A stretch of DNA of 61,726 nucleotides, filler included, from Nemertoderma westbladi (taxonomy: Eukaryota > Animalia > Xenacoelomorpha), in assembly GCA_032718475.1 (NCBI GenBank). It is 4 parts of 4 records of this genome, joined end to end, with 100 filler letters (N's around TTAATTAATTAA, not from the genome) between each part and the next. Parts side by side here need not be neighbours in the genome. Positions count along the whole stretch, not along the records: positions 19,727 to 39,114 come from JAUCBJ010001589.1; 3 more parts are not named here. One strand, written 5' to 3'. Positions 26,444-37,800 of the stretch are shown here, piece after piece. How positions within the stretch are numbered: position 1 is the stretch's first letter; each line of letters begins with the position of its first letter. The translations under genes were made by a program, and so were the position numbers. The notes below the pieces were generated by a model that saw only the letters and a program-made list of their open reading frames with translations, did not search any database and had not been told where the DNA came from.

Positions 26444-27314
26444 ACAGTTGGGTATTCTCAGCGAGATTTGGTTTCCTCATGAAACCAAATCTGCTTTCAC
26501 TCTTACTCTAAATTGAAACCAAATCTGGTTTCCTTTGAGATCTCAGGACATCAAAGGATGCCCGACTTTGCTACTGGGATATGAGTGACATGTATCTGAG
26601 AGTCAATTGCCTAACAACAAGCACTGCAGCACTGGCTGGAAATTGGTGCTCTTCTATTTCATGTATTTAGCCCTGAGGCCATGTTCTCCTGTAGGAATGT
26701 ACCTACTGTCGTCTGACAGTAGGTACCTAAACTAAGGCTTTGCTTTATATACACCAGAGTCTTGGGTGCTAGCGGCTAGCACAGCATTGCCCAAGGCTAA
26801 TAATATACCATAGCCAAGGCAGGTTATTAACCTCCAACCCGCAGTAGTCCACAGTCCTTACAGCCTTAATCAGTTACTATTATATCCCTATAGGGATAGT
26901 TAGTTTTATTGTGTGGCCAAACCTGTTGCTGCCTGGCTGCTGTGTGTTGGTGTGGAAGTAATTAATGGTGGTCAGAGTAAGGAGAGACAAGAGAGTGGGT
27001 TTAACAGTTTAATGTGGAATATGGCTATTGCTATTAATCTCTATGCTTATATCAGTACAGGCTGCAGCCCAATATTGCCAGATATTGGTGATTGGTATTG
27101 GGTTTTAGTTAAGTTCCCAGGTACCTGGCTCTGGCAGCCTGGGCAAACGACCAACAGGACATATGTTCCGCGGGACTGTATGTTCCCGGACATTATGTTC
27201 CCAAAAATTACCAAAAATGTGGGAACATAGGCCTATATTCTGTCCGAGTGTCCGACAGTAATAATGCAAACATAATGTCCGGAAACATATAATAAATAGG
27301 TAATCATAATATTA

Positions 27315-28483
27315 GGGTGTAAACGTTAAGCAGACAGTGGTGCAGACAGTGGTGCAGACACCTGGTGCGGACAGTGGTGCAGACACCTGGTGCGGACAGT
27401 GGTGCAGACACCTGGTGCAGACAGTGGTGCGGACGGTGGTGCAGACACCTGGTGCTCGTACGGACAGTGGTGCAGGCACTGGTGCAGACACTGGTGCAGA
27501 CAGTGGTACAGACAGGGGTGCTGGTCACCTCGCCGCACTGCCACTTCGCCGCAGACAATGTGCGGCGAGGTGTCTCACTGTGAATGCCATTTCGCCGCAA
27601 GTCAATATTAATAATTTATTTCTATATTTACAGGGAAGCCTATACTATGCCTAGTTATGGCATTGGACATTATTATAAGAAGAAATAAAATAGTGCGGTA
27701 AGGTTTGTTGTTCTATTATAATTACTGTATTATTATAGATATACAGTGAGAATATTTGAGTTACGTATTAGATTATAGTAAAACAGTCCTAATCGTAAGT
27801 TTGTCAAAAATGTTAATCAGTTGTTTAAAACAAGTGTGACGTTATGAACGTTAAAAAATTTAGCATTGTAATGTATGCCTGCAGTATATGCCCGCAGTGC
27901 GGCGAGGTGACCAGCACCCCGCAGACAGTGGTGCAGACAGTGGTGCAGACACCTGGTGCGGACAGTGGTGCAGACAGTGGTGCAGGCAGACACTGGTGCA
28001 GACAGTGTTGCAGACAGTGGTGCAGACACCTAGTGCGGACAGTGGTGCAGGCAGACACTGGTGCAGAAGTGTTGCAGACAGCGGTGCAGACACTGGTGCA
28101 GACACTGATTAATTTGTTTACCTTTACTGGAGCCACTGCTTATTACTGTAGGCCTATAATAAAACGAGCTAATTAAGTTGTTGTCTCATACTGGGGATAT
28201 ACATTCACTAACTACAGTAAGTTCTCAGGAATTCTTAGCCCGCGAGTATTCTTGGCCCTTGGGTATTCTTAGCCCGCAAAACAATAACGTTTATTGTTTT
28301 GGTTCCCCCAATCTGTCAATACTCCTCTGAAACCTGCTCCTTTACTAACCTTCTCGCCCCTTTACTGTCTGCACCAGTGTCTGAACCACTGTCTGCACAA
28401 CTGTCTGCACCAGTGTTTGCACCACTGTCTGCACCACTGTCTGCATCACTGTCTGCACCAGTGTCTGCTTAACGTTTACACCC
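27315..28483. mobile_element. MULE/Foldback-like element with 12-bp subterminal arrays
   Basis: TIRs GGGTGTAAACGTTAAGCAGACA...; 9-bp TSD ATAATATTA at 27306-27314 and 28484-28492; (GTGGTGCAGACA)n arrays in inverted orientation. Confidence 0.85.
27515..27920. mobile_element. MITE inserted into the 12-bp array
   Basis: TIRs GGGGTGCTGGTCACCTCGCCGCACTGC / GCAGTGCGGCGAGGTGACCAGCACCCC; imperfect 7-bp TSD ACAGACA/GCAGACA. Confidence 0.8.
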
Positions 28484-30551
28484 ATAATATTACAAATATT
28501 TTGTTGTACAGTAGCTGAATGATAATTAAAATAACAGTAATGGCTTGATACATTATTCGAAATAATACTTGACATTTAAACATATCTGCCTATGGGGGGG
28601 TGGGGTGCGAATGCCCTACCCCTTCGTGCTCTTAGATTTTAATTGTTGTATCTATGGATCCAAGATCTGAATGCAAGAAGATAGAATAAACTAAGCTCGG
28701 AGCCCATTATACTGGTACCGTGCTGTTATCTCTCTCCCCCCCCCCCCCCCCCACCCCCGGCGCATGTAGTGATTCCTGTGATTTCTGTGTTACCTCATCA
28801 CTTATCCAGACAATATTGGGCATATTGTGTTTTAATATCCAACAGAATGCATTGATAGCACCATTGCTTAGAAGGTTGTTCTGTAATATAGACTGTAAGT
28901 CTTGGTAGGTCGGTTGGGAGACGCCATACTGTAGTAAAAGCTGTCAGTTTGTGAGAGGTATATATTTTGTACAATCATGGATATGGATTTGCCTGCACTG
29001 TAAAAACATTCAAGACACAAAAGACAATAAACAGTTATACACAGTGATGGTGTGGGAGATATTGTTGACCAGACAGGTCGCGACTTACGTATACAGGTTA
29101 CAGCTGGGGGAGATGCCCCCCCCCCCCCCCCCCACCCTTGGATGCGCCGCTCGCAAATCGACAATAACTTAGACAATAACTGTAACTTCTGTATCCTGCT
29201 CCTTTCCCTAAATTAAGAATTTAACAATGAGGCGGTATATTAATTCGCCAAGGCAGTCCAGTTTGCGTCCAGTTTCCCCCTTGTCTCAATTTTATATATG
29301 AAGATTTCTTATTTTTTTTAATTTATCTTTATTAATTGATTTATAGCAGTATAGCGCTTAGTTCTGTCTTATAACTTCTACATATACTAATTAGTTTATT
29401 GTTTTGGTTAGATTCAGCCCTTCTGTAACCTGTATTTACTTTTAGCGTTTCGGGCACTAATTTTTCAATATTCATTTTACATTAACCCTATATGAGATGG
29501 CTGAAACGACACCCCACAGCCCCAATTAGCAATTTGCGAACTGTCGAACTGTATACTGTTTAGTGCAGTTAGTGAATGTTGAGTATGTACTTACACCAAG
29601 CAGCCAAGTACCATGTATGAATTCAGCAACATGCTATCTTTATTATTGATTATTACAGCAGTACAGGAGCCAGCAAGCGAGTTCTATTAATTTTACCAAC
29701 CGTAGTGCATAGTAGATATAGGCGGAATTGGATTATCTACATATCCTCCTATAGTACAGTAGTATAACTATCATCAGTCTATCACTACTCCCACTCAGGT
29801 CGTGCCTAGAGTAGATGTCAATCAATTTTACACTCTAATGGGTTCCAGCCAAAGGATGAAATGGGGCTGGATATATTTTAAGGCGGCACCCTTTGTAGTT
29901 ATAGCTTGAGACAGTCCAGCCCATCCAAAGGGAGATGGGGCTGGATTGCTAAGCAAACCGACCATTTTCTGCGGCTTTGTCCAGCCCCAATTCAGCTGTC
30001 ATGGCCAGCCCCATTGGGACTGAAAGTTCCTAACTGCTACATGTAGGCCTACCGGTAAGCCTGAACATCTGATTGATGATTCTCAATAAAATTGGGTTTT
30101 CTACAATACCGTTCTGCCGTTAGGCCTATTCTGCTATTCCTTTACCCCCTAACCAGCTAACCCTGCCTACCCTACACCCTAACAAAAATAATAAAGCAAC
30201 ACTGTAGGCTAGGCTACTTGTAGGCGGTAGCGGTAGCCCCTGTAGTCAGGTAGTGCGTAGTGGTAGACCTGGTAGCGGTAGGCCAGTGGTAGCATTAGCA
30301 TACCGGTATGTCAGTATGTGTAACTGCCCTAATCATCTGATCATGCGGTTATAATCCTGTAATCTAATAGGCCTATACCGGTATTTTGTGGAATTTGGGA
30401 CTGTTACGAAGTTGCTAAGTTAGGCTTAACTTTATCGGTAAATATCGGCCTGTAAACTGATATAATCAATCATGTACTGATGTAGGCCTATATATATAAT
30501 ATATATATCAATATCAGTATCAGTATATGGAGGATATGCAGATATCGAGAG

Positions 30552-31010
30552 ATGGAATCAAATAGTGACAATCCGGTCGATGATCAAGATGATACCGGTA
30601 ATAGGGTTCGGCGAAATCTCCTCAATGATATAAGGAGGGATACTTACTTAAGAATAGATTCAATATATCGTAGATTTTCTGGAGAAGGTGATAGGCCTAG
30701 TCATAATCATACCGATTTGGGCCTCTCTGGAAGTTCTGACTACAATACTGGTAATGTTATTAATAATTGTGACCTAAGTTCCACTGCCTCAGTTGCCATA
30801 AATAAAACTACTGAGCCTGACACTGCTGTTCGTGGTGCACCTAGTTCTATCGATTCATTGTGCTCCAAACCAAAGCCAATTTCCGGCTTACGAAGAAAAC
30901 CATTTAATGCGAAAGTGGGACGACCACCAGCTACTACTAAGTATCTCTGTTCTTTGGTCATAACGACAATCACGAGAACACTGCCGATACACTACCGATG
31001 TCTGTATTAG
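30552..31010 (+). CDS. Low-complexity ORF overlapping the HECT ORF; probably its N-terminal part, joined by a frameshift or splicing
   Basis: 152 aa starting with ATG; overlaps the HECT frame at 30941-31010. Confidence 0.45.
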   Translation: MESNSDNPVDDQDDTGNRVRRNLLNDIRRDTYLRIDSIYRRFSGEGDRPSHNHTDLGLSGSSDYNTGNVINNCDLSSTASVAINKTTEPDTAVRGAPSSIDSLCSKPKPISGLRRKPFNAKVGRPPATTKYLCSLVITTITRTLPIHYRCLY

Positions 31011-32227
31011 ATAATGATGTTGATGTAGATCACATCAAAGAGAATGGTGATACTACAGGTGCCGATTCTGTTATTGCTGTCGAAGTTGAAAGCAATCTAT
31101 CATCTTCATTGACCAGTTTATTCAAAGCTTTAAAGGAAATGGATCCAAGCCACTCAGTTCTTGAAGTTCCACGAAGTCGTATCGTGGAAAGTGTGTATGA
31201 TATTATGGATACCGAAGAGATTCGTCCCACCTTGATGGTTAAGTTTTTGGACGAAGAAGCTGTGGACACAGGAGGGCCTTTACGAGAATTGTTATCATTA
31301 TTTTTTCTCCATCAGCCTCCATCCTTGTTTCGTGGATCTTATCCAGAGTATGTTTTTCGACATAACTTGTCTGACATCCAAAGATTTTATCATCTTGGGA
31401 AATTAGTTGGGATTTCGCTTCTAAATGGCGCCCCTGGGCCACATTGTTTCAGTGATGTATTTGCCCGTGTGATCCTGGAACTACCGTTTAGTATAAATAT
31501 TAGTGATATACCTAAAGATGATGAACTAATTGAAAGAGTCAGTACTATAAAAGAGGCTATCACCGAAGGTGATTTGATCAATGCAGTAAATAGTCTTACT
31601 GAGCGGTTCGACATGGGAGTTTTACAAGCAAACATAACCGTGGACGAGAAAGACAAAGTTGTAGATCTGCTACTGAAGCATATCTTACTTAGTACTGTCT
31701 CTGAAGAAATTAATAAGTTCCGTGAAGGGTTGAATATTTTTGGAGTTTATGATATTATGAGAAATTTTCCAGAAGATAGCCTGAAATGTCTAACACATCA
31801 GACCGTCACAGCTGAAGAAGTCAAACAGTGCTTTCGGGTTAAACACGAAGCACATAAGAATACGCAGGAGTGGCACAAAGAAAATGAGATAGCATTTAAG
31901 TTTAACATGTTTCTAAAACAAGTCGAACGCAATGAATTGGCATCTGATGTTATTGAGGATCCCCATAGTGACGTAGAAGCCATTCATAGACATATATTAA
32001 CATTGAATGATGTATTGCAGTTTGGTAGTGGGTCTCGCTACCCCAATTTTATTGGGGAATTAGGTTTCCATAGAACCAATGATTGCAAAAGGAGACTTAT
32101 TGGGGACACCTGTGCTAATGTCATAAAATTTCCAATAAATGATCGTTATCTGGTCGGTTCTTCCCGCAGCTTTGCAAAGAATGTGACAGAAGACATTCTC
32201 AACTGTCACGGATTTGGGATTTACTAA
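30998..32227 (+). CDS. HECT-domain E3 ubiquitin ligase (G2E3-like), transposon-borne
   Basis: VKFLDEEAVDTGGPLRE, GKLVGISLLNGAPGPHCFS, LQFGSGS, catalytic-type GDTCAN, C-terminal -4 Phe (GFGIY). Confidence 0.88.
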   Translation: MSVLDNDVDVDHIKENGDTTGADSVIAVEVESNLSSSLTSLFKALKEMDPSHSVLEVPRSRIVESVYDIMDTEEIRPTLMVKFLDEEAVDTGGPLRELLSLFFLHQPPSLFRGSYPEYVFRHNLSDIQRFYHLGKLVGISLLNGAPGPHCFSDVFARVILELPFSINISDIPKDDELIERVSTIKEAITEGDLINAVNSLTERFDMGVLQANITVDEKDKVVDLLLKHILLSTVSEEINKFREGLNIFGVYDIMRNFPEDSLKCLTHQTVTAEEVKQCFRVKHEAHKNTQEWHKENEIAFKFNMFLKQVERNELASDVIEDPHSDVEAIHRHILTLNDVLQFGSGSRYPNFIGELGFHRTNDCKRRLIGDTCANVIKFPINDRYLVGSSRSFAKNVTEDILNCHGFGIY

Positions 32228-32785
32228 ATTGCTATCTGAATTTTGCCCATTTGTCAATATGTTGAGTTTTGTTGCGTTATTTTGTGTTTTTGAATCATTT
32301 TATATTTGAAACAATGTAACAATATTGATTTGTTTGTATTGCAATTACCGAATTTTATAGAAAATGGTAAGGGAGTAAGCAAAGAGGTTACCCCCCCCCC
32401 CCCCCCCCCCCTCCCCCACATAAAACTGAAATCAACTCGAATTTTTATTTTATAAAATAAATCGACGCCATTCTGACAAAAACGGACAAGTTCAAAATTT
32501 GTCATTCTTTTCGTTTTAAAAAAATCAAATTTGTTATGGGTCAAGAGCCCCCCCACCCCCCATCTGTAAATCTGATTTATTTTGTTGAGCACCGGTGGGA
32601 GCCCTGTTTGCACGTAATTTGAGCAAATAAAATGCCTCGAAAATAGTGAAAAATGTAGACTCTTTTTTTCCCCAAGTAATAAATAATTATTAAGGCTTTT
32701 TCTCGAACACGTTTCTATTACTCTCCAAATCGTTTTAATAAACTTAACAAATACAGCATTTGTAGGCCTACGTGGTAATGGTAAT

Positions 32786-34033
32786 TTAAATTGCCCCAAT
32801 ACCGGCAATTAAATCACTTTCAATTGTATTTAATAAATATTTTAAGGTCTGACTACAATCGAACAAATTATTACAGTGAAGCGGTTCTATTATGTTTCGA
32901 TTACATTTGAGATAATGTAGGCAAATATTATACACACTGAGTCGGCAAGGAGTATCGTGATCATCATTCCCTAGGTTATTGAAAGATTCCACCAAGGTAA
33001 GAGTTTCATCGTCAATAGCATGCAAATAATTAGGATTATCTAAAAAGAGAATGTCCGGCTTTCCTGGTGGGGCAATTAAACCACTTTTTCGTAATCGATG
33101 CGTGTTCCATTTTTCAACAATAAAATCTAGAGTTCTCTGCAGTAAATCAATATAAACGAAACGAATAATTTCAATGTGTAACATATTAGAAGTGTCAATG
33201 ACCCCAGAAATATCCAACTCGTGAAAATGAATCAACCAAGCTTCCATACCTAGAATGGGAAATTTACTCCACCACGCTTCTATTCGTTGATTCCTGGAAC
33301 TTTTTCCATATAGAAACACTGATCCTCTCGTTGCATTGTTATCTGTATGAATTAAACGGAATAACCTTTGGAATAATTCAACATTGACATTTTCTGAACC
33401 TCTATCACAACGAACAATGTGAGGCACTCCACCTAGTCGCATCAGACACTTAATGAATTCACTCCCAATTACAAATGGATCGTTATTACTTCGATGGCAA
33501 AATAACCACATCATTTTACGGCTATAGCCATCGATGGCTCCATGTATTGCTAAGCCGTAAGGTTTTAACTTGTCCCACCCATCTATATGTAATAAATAGT
33601 TTGGCCCTTTTGATAGGTAGGTACGCCGAACAATCTTTCTTCCAAGTCTTTTTCTGACAGCTCCAGGCTCCAGCAAGAAGATAATCTTTGCAACTAAATC
33701 CCTAGGAGCATACAATTTGTACTTTAACATCAATGTCTTCTGCATTTGCCGATAACCAATACCCGACGCAATAGAACTTAAATTCCTTTCTTTGTCAATA
33801 TGGTCGATGAGCTTGTCCAAATCAATTGTATTAAATCGTTTCACAAATCCCATACCGTTCAAATCCCTGCGAATAACTCGTGTTGATATAGAAATGCCTT
33901 TGGAACCAAGAACTGTTTGAGTTTCATTATGCTCAAACCCTTTAAAATAACAATCGACAATTGTAAAGATATACAATCGCGCTAATGCAGATATACTCAT
34001 TGGTAGTAATAGCGATACAACACCAACAGTCAA
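32786..34033 (-). CDS. IS3EU-type DDE transposase (integrase core) with an N-terminal HTH-like region; likely ATG at ~34000
   Basis: GISISTRVIRRDL; GYRQMQ; GPNYLLHIDGWDKLKPYGLAIHGAIDGYSRK; VRCDRGSEN; NQRIEAWW; WNTHRLR. Confidence 0.9.
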   Translation of the reverse strand: MTVGVVSLLLPMSISALARLYIFTIVDCYFKGFEHNETQTVLGSKGISISTRVIRRDLNGMGFVKRFNTIDLDKLIDHIDKERNLSSIASGIGYRQMQKTLMLKYKLYAPRDLVAKIIFLLEPGAVRKRLGRKIVRRTYLSKGPNYLLHIDGWDKLKPYGLAIHGAIDGYSRKMMWLFCHRSNNDPFVIGSEFIKCLMRLGGVPHIVRCDRGSENVNVELFQRLFRLIHTDNNATRGSVFLYGKSSRNQRIEAWWSKFPILGMEAWLIHFHELDISGVIDTSNMLHIEIIRFVYIDLLQRTLDFIVEKWNTHRLRKSGLIAPPGKPDILFLDNPNYLHAIDDETLTLVESFNNLGNDDHDTPCRLSVYNICLHYLKCNRNIIEPLHCNNLFDCSQTLKYLLNTIESDLIAGIGAI

Positions 34034-34899
34034 TACAACAACAATTACAATGTTTATTTATGCTACAAAGCTAAGTTAATGCTAATAGGAAACAGCAACG
34101 CATTGATGGTACCTGGTCAAGGACGCCTTGTACCTATGATACACTGTAGAAGACATACTAATAATATTGGTTAGAAAGAACCTGCGAGGGGACAGTCTGC
34201 TGAATGAAGTACCAGTATTAATGTTGAAATTTGATATGAAATGCAGCAACATGCAGACACTTTAGTTTGAAACTTTTTTTTTCCTACTTTAGTTTGAAAC
34301 TTTTTTTATTTCCTACTTTAGTTTGAAACTTTTTTATTTCCTACTTTAGTTTGAAACTTTTTTTATTTCCTACTTTAGTTTGAAACTTTTTTATTTCCTA
34401 CTTTAGTTTGAAACTTTTTTTAGTTTCTACTTTAGTTTGAAACTTTTTTATTTCCTACTTTAGTTTGAAACTTTTTTATTTCCTACTTTAGTTTGAAACT
34501 TTTTTTATTTCCTACTTTAGTTTGAAACTTTTTTGCCGTTAAAAAAAATGAAAGTAAATTGGCCTAAACCAGCCACCGTACATTAAGATTAATTTTAAAT
34601 AATTAATTATTTTATTATTCGGTGCAATTATTTGGAGTGCAATTACATTACATTACATTACATTACAGTAGTGGGTGCCTTATACTGTTATACAAGACAT
34701 TTATTTCTACACCCGTACATTATTGATTTGCTTACCTTGATATCTGACTGTTGCATATTAAAACTGTATTCTGGTTTTGAAGGCTACAGCCCTACAGCCT
34801 ACAGCCTACGGTGCAACTGTGAACTGGATGGTTATACATTACTGCATTATACAACAATACCTACCGTACCGGTACTGCTGCAATGCCACCAAAGAACAA

Positions 34900-37800
34900 G
34901 CAACCACAGACGCGACTAAGCATGGCTGGGGCGGGGGCGGTACCTGAGAGACAACCACCTCAGCACCAAGACCTAGCCTCGGCGGCAAAATAGATATGTC
35001 GAAACTACACAACTGCGATATCTGCAGTGCTCTGTTCGCGAATAAGAGCGACTATGACCTCCACTCATCATCTTGCCACAACGACTCGGTAAATGTCAAC
35101 TCCATGGACATTTGTCCACACTGTGACAAGAAAGTCGCAGGTAAGAAGTAAGAACTGCCTTGGATGCGAAATCTGTGGACATTGGATCCATGGATCGTGC
35201 CTGAAACTATCGAATACTGAGGTATACGGTGGCTGAATTGTGCCACTTAAAGTACTTTTTGGTCGACCAATAAGTCGACTTTTTGGTCGACCAAAAAGTA
35301 GTTTTTGGTCGACCAAAAAGTACTTTTTGGTCGACCAAAAAGTCGACTTTTTGGTCGACCAAAAAGTCGCTTCAAAAAAAAAATAAAAAAAAAGTATTAA
35401 GTGGCACAATTCAGCCACCGTAGAGGTATCCACCTTAGCCAAATGCGTAAACTGTAAAATCCTGTGCAATAAGTGTGAGGGAAGAGGTAGATTGGTAGTC
35501 CAGTCCTACGATTCACCGGGAACCCCGGCCACATCGCTTTCTGACAAAATTGAAATGTTGAGTGACAGTTTAACGCTTAGGCTGTCTACTCTATCAACGG
35601 AAATTTTGGAACTCAGAACTGAGCTTGATGGGGACGAAGATGTACACGTATCCTCGCAATGGAATGTGCAACGCGGAAAAGGAAAGCCCAGGCATTATTC
35701 CGATCCCAGTACACCAATTTCCAGAGCTGTGGATAAGTCCATAAAAGATGTTTTCCAAAAAGAACAGCTAAAGAAAGAGATCATTATTTCACGACTGAAG
35801 GAAGATAACGAGGTGTCTGTTAAAGATTCGGTGCTTCAGCTCTGTGAGTTGGCCGGGGTTGACAAGTCTTCGGTGGTCGAAGTGTCCCGACTGGGACGTC
35901 TTGGGAACCATGACCGTCTCGTAAAAGTCTCGTTCAACAGCGAACAGGGGGCCCGCACCTTTCATAAGAATGTGACTGCAAATGTATCATCATCAGACTT
36001 ATGTAAAAAGATCCGTGTTCGCCCGAGTCTATCAGCAGAACAGCGCTCGCGTATCAAAGATAGAAATAAAGAGGTTTATGACCTTAATAAAGCTGCAAAA
36101 TCTGAAGATGATCATTCTGAAAGCTACAGCCTAAGGTCCGACGGTTCAGTGTGGAAATTCGTTAAACACTTTGATGGTAAATGGAAACGCGATAAAACGT
36201 GGACCCATGTACCAGTCTCGGACCCTACCAACAATCCATCGGAGGCCTCACCGCCCTCGGAAAACCAATAGGGGGAGAGAATCGCAAAAAAACACCAATC
36301 CTAAACTGCTGCTGCTTAAACGCCCGTTCGCTGAAAAATAAACTGTCAGATCTAGGAGTATTTCTCAAGGAGACTAGTTACGACATCATCGCGATTACAG
36401 AAACATGGATGAATGAGACTATACCCGATGCAATGATCACATCTAGCACAAACTTTAATATGTTTCGTAATGACCGGAAAACTAGGGATGGTGGCGGAGT
36501 CATAATTTTAGTTCGCGATCAATTTCGTTGTGTACGGGTAAACCTACCCAACACCTATAATGATGCCGAAGTGGTCGCCATCGATCTACTTGGAAAAGCG
36601 CCGTCCAGATTCGTGTGCGCCTACCGACCCCCATCGCGTTTACTGATTCCAGATAACAGCAGCTTACTATGCGATGCACTGTCTTTACTATCGGATGTTA
36701 ACTACCCATGCATTATCACTGGCGATTTCAATCTTCCTTTGTTCAACTGGAAGGAAAGTATCTACCCAAATACCGAACTTTATGAACGCGTCGCAGCGCT
36801 GCTGTTAGAATCAAGTTTAACCCAGTTACAACATGAGCCTACCCGTGGCTCGCGTAATCTAGATTTGGTTTTCACTAGCGATGAACTATTTGTCGCAAAC
36901 GTGCGCACATTCGAACCGTTTTCCATCAGTGACCACGCTGGAGTTTCGTTCAACATTCTGGCCCCAGCCCACAATCAGAGTCATGACAAACCGGTTGGCT
37001 ACTTCGACTTCAATAAGGGTGAAGCCGCCTCTAAAGCGGCCTACCGGGCAACCTGCGAGAAAGAAACCAAAATATTGAATTCTGGTGACAGAAATCACAT
37101 ATTTAAGTACCTAAACTCGAAATGCAAAAATAAATCCGGTGTTGGTCCATTGAATTACAAGGGCGACACGATTGTAGACGATAAAATTAAAGCCAAAATT
37201 CTAAGTGAAGTTCTCTCCGAAAACTTCACTGAAGATAATAACTCGGTTCCAATATTTACACGTAAAGTTGGTAACAATGTTAATTTGTCTAGTGTTGGTT
37301 TCAGCCCAGTTAATGTGTTAGTTATGCTAAATAAGCTCGCGTCTAAAAAGAGTAGGACCCCTGATGGATTGCCAGCAATTTTATTTGTTAAACTAGCGTG
37401 TTGTATAGCAGCCCCATTATCAGCAATCTTTCGAGTATCATTCGAAACGCACGCATTACCATCTGTCTGGCTGACGGCCAACATAATACCAACGTTCAAA
37501 AAAGGCGATCCGTCAGATCCTTATAACTATCAGCCTATATCCCTTATCTGTATTGCTTGTAAACTCATGGAAATGCGCATTAAACAGGTTTTAATAGATT
37601 ATTTATTTTCTCATAAATTAATAAGTAGGGCACAACACGGTTTTTTACATCGTAAATCCACCTGTACTCAAATGCTAGAATGTGTTACTGATTGGTTCAA
37701 TTTAATTGATAAACGAAAGAACCTGGACATTATATGTATATATAGACTTTGCAAAAGCCTTTGATTCGGTAGTTCACTCTAAATTACTATCAAAGCTCAC

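Larger units (their letters stand above)
25502..30036. mobile_element. Nested non-autonomous TIR element with a 5-bp TSD, superfamily unclear
   Basis: TIRs CAGTTAGGAACTTTCAGTCCCA / TGGGACTGAAAGTTCCTAACTG; TSD CTACA at 25497-25501 and 30037-30041; subterminal CCAGCCC motifs. Confidence 0.85.
24774..34580. mobile_element. IS3EU-type DNA transposon carrying a transposase and a HECT ligase gene
   Basis: TIRs TACGGTGGCTGGTTTAGGCCAATTTAC..., ~300 bp including a 28-29-bp tandem array (24774-~25075 and ~34252-34580); 6-bp TSD CATTAA at 24768-24773 and 34581-34586. Confidence 0.88.

Noticed and set aside
27304-28575. Cys/His-rich ORFs (CLHHCLHQ...)
   Set aside because: Translations of the 12-bp subterminal array, open in several frames on both strands.
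32254-32808. 184-aa ORF between HECT and the transposase as a third gene
   Set aside because: AT-rich with a poly-G run, no recognisable motif, and overlapping the likely 3' UTRs.
24774-34580. Polinton/Maverick (6-bp TSD, long TIRs, integrase-like ORF)
   Set aside because: Termini are TAC..GTA rather than AG..CT, and there is no pPolB, packaging ATPase, protease or capsid gene.
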